Assembly: GCA_964597015.1 (NCBI GenBank)
Contig: CAZQWO010000001.1
Span: 1,291 to 65,290 of the forward strand
DNA length: 64,000 nucleotides
Source of the DNA: an uncultured Dehalococcoidaceae bacterium
GTDB lineage: Bacteria > Chloroflexota > Dehalococcoidia > Dehalococcoidales > RBG-16-60-22
Direction of reading: 5' to 3'
Under the pieces are notes generated by a model, which saw only the letters and a program-made list of their open reading frames with translations, was not told where the DNA came from and searched no databases. A program made the translations under genes and the position numbers. Positions 40,093 through 47,781 of the stretch are shown here, one piece after another (within the stretch, counting starts at the first letter, position 1; each line of letters opens with the position of its first letter).

Positions 40093-41262
40093 ATGCGTTA
40101 CCGCTACGAAAAAGAGGCGTACCAGTTTCTCGCCGTTTACCGCTTCCTGGGGTTTGCGCTGGCGGTGCTCTTCTCACAGGTTACGCCGGTAATGAGCGCA
40201 TTACCTCAGGTTCAGCTCATCACCATTTTCAGCACGCTTGGTATCTATACCATCCTGAAGGTTTTCTCACCCCTGCGCTGGCAGGCGAGGGGCACCATGA
40301 CCTACCTGATACTGAGCGGCGATTTTCTCCTCTGCATCCTGCTCGTCATCTACACAAATGGCCTGAACAGTAGCTTCCTGCTTTATTCCCTGACTCCCAT
40401 CATGACCGCAGCCCTGCTCTTTGAAGAAAAACTTGCCCTTGGTCTCGCTTCCACCGCATCCATTGTCCTTTCGCTCACGCACGTATTCCTTGCCCAGTTC
40501 ACATCACGATTTGCCTGGATTATGCAGGGGTATAACCTCACCCTCCTCATCGTCTATACGCTCTTCTCCCTGGTTGTGGCCACGGTGCCATACCGCATAA
40601 ACCTGAATATACGGCGCCGCATCGAAAGGGATGCCATAATTGAAGAGCGGCGCCGTATTGCCAGAGAGATACATGACGGTGTTGCTCAGTCATTAAGCTA
40701 TCTCAACCTGAAGACAAAGTCGGTAAGTGACCTGCTTACGTCAAAAGATACCGTGCAGGCAATTGCCGAGCTAACTGAAATCCGCGATGTGGTGCAGGAT
40801 ACCTACGAGGATATCCGGGAGTCAATCGACCAGTTAAGCACCGAAATAAAAAGCGTCTCCATTCTGGCCGCTCTGGGCAGCTATGTCCGGGAGTTCAGCA
40901 GCAACAATGGTATTCCGGTAAAGTTTGAGATTGCCAAGCCCTTTGCCCGGCTTTCCCCGGTTGCGGAACTGCAATTGCTGCGCATCGGCCAGGAAGCGCT
41001 GACCAATGTCCGGCGTCACGCGATGGCCAGCAGCGTTAAGGTAACGCTGAGAAACACCGCGGACGCGGTGGAAATGATAGTCAAAGACGATGGCCAGGGT
41101 TTTGACCTTAAAGTACTGGAGGAATACCCGCCCGGCTATCACGGTTTGGCCATCATCAAGGAGCGGGCCGAGGGGCTTGGTGGCAAAGTCTGGATTGAGA
41201 CTACTCCCGGCCAGGGTACAGAAGTAAAGGTCCATCTACCGGTGGAGAAAGTGAGGATGTGA
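40093..41262 (+). CDS. sensor histidine kinase (HisKA_3/NarX-DegS type) with polytopic membrane N-terminus
   Basis: H-box IAREIHDGVAQSL. HATPase region with GYHGLAIIKERAEGLGG. Five predicted TM helices. Confidence 0.85.
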   Translation: MRYRYEKEAYQFLAVYRFLGFALAVLFSQVTPVMSALPQVQLITIFSTLGIYTILKVFSPLRWQARGTMTYLILSGDFLLCILLVIYTNGLNSSFLLYSLTPIMTAALLFEEKLALGLASTASIVLSLTHVFLAQFTSRFAWIMQGYNLTLLIVYTLFSLVVATVPYRINLNIRRRIERDAIIEERRRIAREIHDGVAQSLSYLNLKTKSVSDLLTSKDTVQAIAELTEIRDVVQDTYEDIRESIDQLSTEIKSVSILAALGSYVREFSSNNGIPVKFEIAKPFARLSPVAELQLLRIGQEALTNVRRHAMASSVKVTLRNTADAVEMIVKDDGQGFDLKVLEEYPPGYHGLAIIKERAEGLGGKVWIETTPGQGTEVKVHLPVEKVRM

Positions 41263-41263
41263 A

Positions 41264-41935
41264 ATGGAACCAGTAAAGGTACTGGTCGTAGATGACCACG
41301 CCCTTTTTCGTCGTGGCATTGTCGCCGTTCTGACAAATCAGGAGAATATACGTGTGGTGGGGGAGGCGACCAATGGGCTTGAGGCAATCGAAAAAGCGGC
41401 AGAACTGGTGCCTGATGTTATCGTGATGGACCTGAATATGCCGCAGTGCAGCGGGCTGGAAGCAACGCAGGCGCTCCAGGCCAAGATGCCTCATCTGAAT
41501 ATCCTGGTTTTAACGGTCTCCGATAATGAGGCTGACCTTTTCAGTGCCATCAAGTTCGGGGCTACCGGTTATATCCTGAAGAACACGGAGCCGGAGGAAC
41601 TCGTCCAGGCTATTTATCACATCGCTCACGGTGGCGTTATTATTTCCCCCGTTATGGCCATAAAACTGCTTGCCGAATTCAGAGATTCGACTACCGGTGC
41701 CCCGGCCAGGGTGACCGCCGATGAAGAGGCCAAGCTGAGTCCCCGGGAGGATGAAGTGCTGCGGCTGGTGTCCCAGGGCGCCACCAACAAGGAAATAGCT
41801 GACTCCCTGTTCATCTCGGAGAACACCGTGAAAACGCACCTGCGCAACATAATGGACAAGCTCCACCTGGCAAACCGCAGCCAGGCGGCCGCTTACGCCG
41901 TGAAACGAGGCCTTGTGCCCGACAGCCAGAAATAG
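41264..41935 (+). CDS. NarL/LuxR-type response regulator (canonical receiver)
   Basis: VLVVDDHALFR, VIVMDLNMP, LVLTVS, GYILKN, and a LuxR HTH. Starts 1 nt after the kinase stop. Confidence 0.88.
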   Translation: MEPVKVLVVDDHALFRRGIVAVLTNQENIRVVGEATNGLEAIEKAAELVPDVIVMDLNMPQCSGLEATQALQAKMPHLNILVLTVSDNEADLFSAIKFGATGYILKNTEPEELVQAIYHIAHGGVIISPVMAIKLLAEFRDSTTGAPARVTADEEAKLSPREDEVLRLVSQGATNKEIADSLFISENTVKTHLRNIMDKLHLANRSQAAAYAVKRGLVPDSQK

Positions 41936-42016
41936 CCGGTTATCAGGCAACAAGTACTGTGTCCACTCACCCGAAAGGATTAGTACCCCACGCGTGAAAA
42001 TCACCTCTTCGCAGGA

Positions 42017-42045
42017 TTGTAAGTGAAATCGCCATGCTCTATGAT
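42017..42045 (+). promoter_or_regulatory. putative pilin promoter
   Basis: TTGTAA, 17-nt spacer, TATGAT, about 65 nt upstream of the first pilin ATG. Confidence 0.35.
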
Positions 42046-42109
42046 GCAAGTGTTGCCTCGTAATTTCTTTTTAGCACAAGGTAATAATCGCGAATAAGGA
42101 GGTGAAGAA

Positions 42110-42583
42110 ATGAGGTTACCAAAGAGAGGCGAGAAGGGGTTCACACTGATTGAGTTGCTCATCGTGGTCGCCATCCTGGGCGTGCTGGCGGCGGTGGTCA
42201 TCCCCAATGTGGGCCGGTTCATCGGCCGCGGTGAAACGGAGGCGGCGCAAACGGAGTTTGCCAACGTCCAGGCAGCGACGGTCGCCATGATGACCGACAA
42301 CGAGGTAAGTGTGCTGAGAAATGCCCGCGACGGCGCTGCCAACGCCACCAGAAACATGAGCATCTTTCCCGATGACAGCGCAGTCGGCGACAAGTACCCG
42401 GACGCCAATGGAGTCAACTTCTCAGCCGGTGACGGCATCGGCTTCGTGCTCTACCAGCACGATATAGACGCTGACGCCGCCAACACCAGCCTGGTCAACT
42501 ACGTTGCCACGCAGTACACCAAGGGCACCTACTATGTTAATGCGCAAGGCACGGTAACGCAGCACACCACCGGGTATGAGTAA
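42110..42583 (+). CDS. type IV major pilin, paralog 1 (no cysteine)
   Basis: MRLPKRGEKG/FTLIELLIVVAILGVLAAVVIP is a canonical prepilin leader with Glu+5. SD AAGGAGGTG. Confidence 0.9.
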   Translation: MRLPKRGEKGFTLIELLIVVAILGVLAAVVIPNVGRFIGRGETEAAQTEFANVQAATVAMMTDNEVSVLRNARDGAANATRNMSIFPDDSAVGDKYPDANGVNFSAGDGIGFVLYQHDIDADAANTSLVNYVATQYTKGTYYVNAQGTVTQHTTGYE

Positions 42584-42623
42584 AGCAATCTTATTCCTAT
42601 AGAGGAGAGGAGGAGGTGAAGCA

Positions 42624-43097
42624 ATGAGGTTACCGAAAAGAGGCGAGAAGGGGTTCACGCTGATTGAGCTGCTCATCGTGGTCGCCATCTTGGGCGTACT
42701 GGCGGCGGTGGTCATCCCCAATGTGGGGCGGTTCATCGGCCGCGGCGAATCGGAGGCGGCGGATACCGAGCTGAGCAACGTCCAGTCTGCGGTGGTCGCC
42801 ATGATGGTTGACAACCAGATATCCACACTAAGAAATGCCAAGGACGGCGCTGCCAACGCCACCAGAAATATGTGCATCTTTCCCGATGACAGCGCAGTCG
42901 GCGACAAGTACCCGGACGCCAATGGTGATAACTTCTCAGCTGGTGACGGCATCGGCTTCGTGCTCTACCAGCACGATATGAATGCTGACGCCGCCAACAC
43001 CAGCCTGGTCAACTATGTCGCCACGCAGTACACCAAGGGCACCTATACGTGTGACGCGTCAGGCACGGTGACCCAGCGTGAGACGGGGTATGATTAA
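42624..43097 (+). CDS. type IV major pilin, paralog 2 (two cysteines)
   Basis: First 42 residues identical to paralog 1. C-terminal ..NMCIFPDD.. and ..TYTCDASG... Confidence 0.9.
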   Translation: MRLPKRGEKGFTLIELLIVVAILGVLAAVVIPNVGRFIGRGESEAADTELSNVQSAVVAMMVDNQISTLRNAKDGAANATRNMCIFPDDSAVGDKYPDANGDNFSAGDGIGFVLYQHDMNADAANTSLVNYVATQYTKGTYTCDASGTVTQRETGYD

Positions 43098-43175
43098 AAT
43101 CGCTTACATGTGACGGGCGGTGGAAGTTGGGCGGCGGAGAATAAGCTAGGAGAGGTGGTTGAGGGGGTGAGGTCA

Positions 43176-43209
43176 GAGAGAAGCCCGAAATGGGCTTCTC
43201 TCTCTTTTT
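43176..43209 (+). terminator. rho-independent terminator after the pilin pair
   Basis: GAGAGAAGCCC-GAAAT-GGGCTTCTCTC, a perfect 11-bp stem, followed by TCTTTTT. Confidence 0.8.
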
Positions 43210-43295
43210 ATGGCCATTTTGACCTGAAGTATTCGGGTAGCAAAGGCAGGATGGTCTATCTATCAATCAATAATTCACGCCGTGCCGATAACTCA

Positions 43296-44837
43296 CTACC
43301 CGCTGGTTTGAGTCGTCAGCTGGATAGAACCACCGGAGGTATACGGGTAACCTTCCGGAGGGGGTATGGGCGTGGCAAAGCGTCCGCTTTCCTCAAGTGC
43401 CGTAAGATAGTATCGAAAAGACAGGTAATCACCCGCCATACAGTTAATACTTATATCGTTACCCTTGTGTGATAATGTACTCACCTCGACGCCCAGTTTT
43501 TCCGCCTCCTGTACAATTACCCTGATATCATCGTTGAAACTCTTGTCCCTGACAATAATGGAACTATATTCACTGATGGCCTGCTGCAGAGGTTCACGCC
43601 GCTCTATTTCCGCTTTCTTCCTTAACAACTGGGCATTGAGGGCAACATCTTTCATTGCCATAACTGACGTCTTCCTCATTTCCTCGCCCGTAAGCTGCCA
43701 TAATGGAAAGACAAGGGCAATGGCGGCTATGATAGTAACGACTGAGTAGACCTGCTTTAAGGTTGGCCGCCAGGGCATATAAGTCTGGGGAAGCAGATTC
43801 ATATCGAGCGTTACGGCTCCAGCATCACCATTGCCATTGACATCTCGCATTGCCATTTCCTTACGCATGGCAAGCCCGATATTCGCCGCATACTGGGATA
43901 TCGGCAGGAACTCGGGACAATCCAGCGGTGGTGCCAGTGGCTCTATATTAAATTCAAGCCCGCCCAGCAGCTTCTCCATCAGTTCCGGATTAACAGACAT
44001 CTGCCCGGTGATGTAGAGTGGAGTGGCCATATCAAACGGCGTAGCAACATGACCGGCGTTATAATGTTCAACTATCATACCAAGTTGTGCCGCCAGATAC
44101 TCGGCGGCATCTTCAATGCTCATATTATCCGGCCGCCACGCCAGTGAATGCATGACTTCAGGCACACCTTTAACCAAAATGACAATGTCGAAGTTTGTGG
44201 GTTCAATATTCAGAATCAGAGCCTCCTTTTTACCGACGGCCCTGGCCAGTGCCATCGTCTTGAGCTCAATGCTCTGGGTAGTGATACCGGCCGCCTTCAA
44301 GGCAAGCACTATGTCATCAATAATCTCTCTGGGCACACCGACTGTGAATACATGGCTATCCTTCTCATCAGCGCTCAGTGTCTGCCAGAAAAAGTAGAGG
44401 ATTTCCTTGGGAACAGGCATTATATCCCGGGCAATCTCATCGACCGACTCCGCAAGGGTTGGTGCTGGTGGCAGGCTGGGCGTGGGTATGAGACGGCTTA
44501 TTGTGTAGAGACCACTTATGCTGATATTTACCTTGCTGGCTTTGATACCGCTTGAATTCATTAGCCGCTTGACGAAGACACCCAGGTCGGGCTCGACTCT
44601 GTCACCTATTTGCTCTGCTTCTTCCGATTCAAACGGGGCATCAGCCCATCTTTTAACCACCCCGCCACTCGTCTCCATGATGCTTACGCCGGTTGTGCTG
44701 ATATCAAGAGTAACAACCTTCCCAGAAACAAACCGCGCCAGCACTCTCTCCATTGTTTTCAGGAGCTTCTTAATCGCGGTGCTTAAGTCAAGAGCCAGCA
44801 CACCTTGAGATTTAACTTCGCTTTTCTGTTCCGCCAA
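43296..44837 (-). CDS. PilM-PilN fusion protein, copy 2
   Basis: Same architecture as 29992-31446: an actin-like N-terminal part, a TM helix (VYSVVTIIAAIALVFPLW), and a PilN-like end ..YLTALEESGRFA... TTG start behind GAGGTGG. Confidence 0.7.
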   Translation of the reverse strand: MAEQKSEVKSQGVLALDLSTAIKKLLKTMERVLARFVSGKVVTLDISTTGVSIMETSGGVVKRWADAPFESEEAEQIGDRVEPDLGVFVKRLMNSSGIKASKVNISISGLYTISRLIPTPSLPPAPTLAESVDEIARDIMPVPKEILYFFWQTLSADEKDSHVFTVGVPREIIDDIVLALKAAGITTQSIELKTMALARAVGKKEALILNIEPTNFDIVILVKGVPEVMHSLAWRPDNMSIEDAAEYLAAQLGMIVEHYNAGHVATPFDMATPLYITGQMSVNPELMEKLLGGLEFNIEPLAPPLDCPEFLPISQYAANIGLAMRKEMAMRDVNGNGDAGAVTLDMNLLPQTYMPWRPTLKQVYSVVTIIAAIALVFPLWQLTGEEMRKTSVMAMKDVALNAQLLRKKAEIERREPLQQAISEYSSIIVRDKSFNDDIRVIVQEAEKLGVEVSTLSHKGNDISINCMAGDYLSFRYYLTALEESGRFATPIPPPEGYPYTSGGSIQLTTQTSG

Positions 44838-44873
44838 GATAAACCACCTCTTATCGCATCGCCGCCAGTCTAG

Positions 44874-45824
44874 TTACCCTTGGGGCGGTTTAGAATACAA
44901 TTCAATAGCTAACTTAGCCACAGTGTCATAGACAGTCTCTTCACTGCCAAAGAATTCCTCTGCTGTTTCCACATCCGACCCATCAAACTGCCGGACAGTG
45001 CCATCGGCCTCGCAGGTGTAATAATATTCAGTAACCGGTATGTCAATATAACTCATCTTCTGATAACTAGATGTATTGTCCGCTGTAATCCGGTCATGCT
45101 CATACAGCAAATAACCAGCTGACGGTGTTCCTTCTCCGGTATACCCCTTTTCCCCAGCGGTGGTGATAGCATCGGGAAAAGCTGTCATATCGTTAATCGC
45201 AATTCCGTCTTCAAAATATGTCGGGTTAGGAATCTCATCAAGGCCGTTGTCCGCCATCATATCGGACACGGCCTGTATTACAGCGCTGAATTCAGCTCTT
45301 CGCATCGCTTCCTCTTCCTCTAATTGCACTTGTACCCAATTGAGCTCCACTTTTTTAAGAATCATGGTTTCCAACGTTTTGCCGGCATCAAGGTCGGCTA
45401 TGAAAGCCATAATGGTATCAAAGTCAGCCTGTACCCTGATATCACCAAAGGATAGAACGTGATAGGTGCGCTCACCCATTTTTTTGGCTGAGGGTTTGCC
45501 GGGGGCAGAAATATGAAACTTGCCGCTTTCTGGAGTAACATCGATGCCGTTTTCCCTGGCGATATCAACGATTTTCGCCAGGGCATCAGGCGTTTCTATT
45601 GGCTCCAGAGCTTCGTTTACCTTATCATATTTGTCCTGCAATTCCTCCATACTAGGTAAAGGCTTGTTCACCACCACCAGGGTTTTATTTATCTTTTCAT
45701 TAAGTTCCTTCTGTTGTGGTCCCTGCTGGATGTAAACAAAGCCAAGTCCAATGTATATAATGACGCAGACACCCACTACGACGAGAAATCCTACGCGGCG
45801 TATTCTGGTCAATATTTCCTGCAT
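44874..45824 (-). CDS. PilO-like membrane protein with a C-terminal pilin-head-like extension
   Basis: N-terminal TM helix, coiled-coil, and a ..VQADFDTIMAFIADLDAG.. segment parallel the set-1 PilO-like protein. The last ~110 aa contain GYLLYEHD..ADNTSS..YYYTCEADGTVRQ, colinear with pilin paralog 2 GFVLYQHD..ADAANTS..GTYTCDASGTVTQ. Confidence 0.6.
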   Translation of the reverse strand: MQEILTRIRRVGFLVVVGVCVIIYIGLGFVYIQQGPQQKELNEKINKTLVVVNKPLPSMEELQDKYDKVNEALEPIETPDALAKIVDIARENGIDVTPESGKFHISAPGKPSAKKMGERTYHVLSFGDIRVQADFDTIMAFIADLDAGKTLETMILKKVELNWVQVQLEEEEAMRRAEFSAVIQAVSDMMADNGLDEIPNPTYFEDGIAINDMTAFPDAITTAGEKGYTGEGTPSAGYLLYEHDRITADNTSSYQKMSYIDIPVTEYYYTCEADGTVRQFDGSDVETAEEFFGSEETVYDTVAKLAIELYSKPPQG

Positions 45825-45898
45825 TTCCGCCTGCTCCTCGGTCTTCCGCTCTTTACTCCATATTCGTCAATGAAGTACAAGGTAAATACTCTCCTCGC

Positions 45899-46294
45899 TT
45901 ACTTCCACCGCTCGCGCAGTGCCCGCTGTACCGTCTCCTCAATCGTTTCTTCTAAGGTCTTGGTTACTTTCTTATCTCTCTTGTCTTTCTCTTCCGCTTC
46001 TTTTGCTTCCCTCTGCAACCTGACGAGCTCATCATCGTAGAAAGTCCAGTATAGCTGTCGTCCACGCCTCCAACCTACTATCCAGACCATTACCAGGCCA
46101 AAGATGGCAACCGGCGCCACAATCCCAATGTTGATATCCTGAAAGAGCAGGATGATAACGATGATTAATACGACAAAGAGAAATACCGCCACATCAAGGT
46201 CCCACCTGGCAACCCTGGCCCTCTCTTTCGCCCGGCGAGCCGCTTCCCGTCTTATTTCTTCTCTTACTGGCCAGGGTGTGCTCTCTTGGCTCAA
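45899..46294 (-). CDS. hypothetical two-helix membrane protein with charged termini
   Basis: 131 aa. Two hydrophobic helices flanked by Arg/Glu/Lys-rich segments. TTG start behind AAGGAGGGG. Confidence 0.55.
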   Translation of the reverse strand: MSQESTPWPVREEIRREAARRAKERARVARWDLDVAVFLFVVLIIVIILLFQDINIGIVAPVAIFGLVMVWIVGWRRGRQLYWTFYDDELVRLQREAKEAEEKDKRDKKVTKTLEETIEETVQRALRERWK

Positions 46295-46521
46295 CGTGCC
46301 CCTCCTTTCGCCCGGTCGATACAGGCCACAGGTTTGAAATTATTATACTCCATTAATCATCAGCTCAAATATGGGAATTTTTGGTATTAACGGAAAAGTA
46401 TCCTGACGCTTTTCTATTTCAGCAAGTCCGGCGTTCTTCACCTCTAATACCGGCAGCTTCCGAAGCCGCACAGAGTCCATATTTCTGCCATCAGTGTAAT
46501 GGGTGAATTGCCTTCTGTCAA

Positions 46522-47772
46522 TTATCCGAAGGCACCAGTAAGCGTATACATAGGCATAACAACGGAGAGAGCAATGAATCCAACCATAAGGGCGATGCCG
46601 ATAGTGCTGACAGGGCCTATCATGCCCACCATGGCAGATATCTTCTCTTCCGCCGTCGTTTCAAAGAAATCCGCCACCACCCCCATGGTGAAATCAAGGG
46701 TATTGCTTTCCTCTCCCACGGCAACCATCTGCACCAGTAAAGGCGGAAACACGCTTATTCGGGACATCGGTCCCGCTAATCCCTCACCGAGAAGCAACCG
46801 TTCGTTCACCCTGTTCAGGGCGTCACGGAAGACCATATTGGTGGTCGACTGTGGCAGTATCTCCATTGTTTCCTGCAGTTTAATTCCAGCACTGACCATC
46901 ACTGACAGCGTTCTGGCGAAGCGTCCCAGTTCTGACATGAGTGCCGGGGGGCCGATAATCGGCATGCTTATGCGCAGACGGTCAAGTATCCGTTTCCCGG
47001 ACGGCCTTTTCATCATCCAGAGCGCGACGGCAAATAATACCGCGCCGCCAACGACAAGATGCAGCGGATAATTCTGCACAAACTCGGTCAGCGCAATGAG
47101 TATTCTGGTGGGTAAAGGTAATTCAACACTCATCGCGGTGAACATATCGAGCATCTTGGGCATGACAAAGGTAATCATCAGAATGACCACAGCGACGCCA
47201 ACGCCCATGACTATCATTGGGTAACTCAACGCTTTTTTAACCCTCTGGGTCATCGCCGAGTGCCGCTCCAAGTAATCAGCCATCTGGTTGAGTACTGAGT
47301 CCAGATTGCCTGTTTCCTCACCAACAGCAATGGTACGGCAGTAAATTTCACTAAAGGCTTTCGGGTGCTTCTTTACTGCCTGTGAGAAAGAACCTCCGGA
47401 ACGGATGTCATTTAATACGCTGGATAAAATGCTTTTGAAAGCGCGGCTGCTGGCCACCTGTCCCTGCAGTATTTCCAGCGCTGGCAGCAGTGAAATGCCG
47501 GAGCGCAGCAAAGTGGCCATCTGGCGGGAAAAAACGACGATATCACGGGACTTTAGCGTGAAGAGCGAAGGCAAAGCCTCCTCCAGGCTGAACATGGACG
47601 GGGCAACTTCAACATGCTCCGGAATATATCCCTTGGCGATTAGCTGTCGCTCGGCAGCAATCTCACTGGTTGCCTTAATATTGCCCTTTACCAGATTGCC
47701 TTCTCTGGTGGTCGCTATATAGCGGTAGTTAATTTCTTTCAGTTTTCCGGGCGCTTCAATCGTTCCCGCCAT
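46522..47772 (-). CDS. pilC: type IV pilus platform protein (GspF/PilC family), copy 2
   Basis: 416 aa with duplicated T2SSF domains. Confidence 0.9.
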   Translation of the reverse strand: MAGTIEAPGKLKEINYRYIATTREGNLVKGNIKATSEIAAERQLIAKGYIPEHVEVAPSMFSLEEALPSLFTLKSRDIVVFSRQMATLLRSGISLLPALEILQGQVASSRAFKSILSSVLNDIRSGGSFSQAVKKHPKAFSEIYCRTIAVGEETGNLDSVLNQMADYLERHSAMTQRVKKALSYPMIVMGVGVAVVILMITFVMPKMLDMFTAMSVELPLPTRILIALTEFVQNYPLHLVVGGAVLFAVALWMMKRPSGKRILDRLRISMPIIGPPALMSELGRFARTLSVMVSAGIKLQETMEILPQSTTNMVFRDALNRVNERLLLGEGLAGPMSRISVFPPLLVQMVAVGEESNTLDFTMGVVADFFETTAEEKISAMVGMIGPVSTIGIALMVGFIALSVVMPMYTLTGAFG

Positions 47773-47781
47773 TGCTTCCCC

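Noticed and set aside
42001-42952. 145-aa and 176-aa minus-strand ORFs antisense to the two pilin genes
   Set aside because: They are mirror images of each other only because the pilin genes are paralogous. The translations are Ala/Ser/Pro-rich with no signals, and the pilin frames have canonical prepilin leaders and SDs.
46343-46480. 45-aa minus-strand ORF (MDSVRLRKLPVLEVKNAGLAEIEKRQDTFPLIPKIPIFELMINGV) in the 227-bp gap between pilC2 and the next gene
   Set aside because: There is no Shine-Dalgarno upstream of its ATG, no recognisable motif, and the frame is short. It was left uncalled, but it could be rechecked by conservation analysis.
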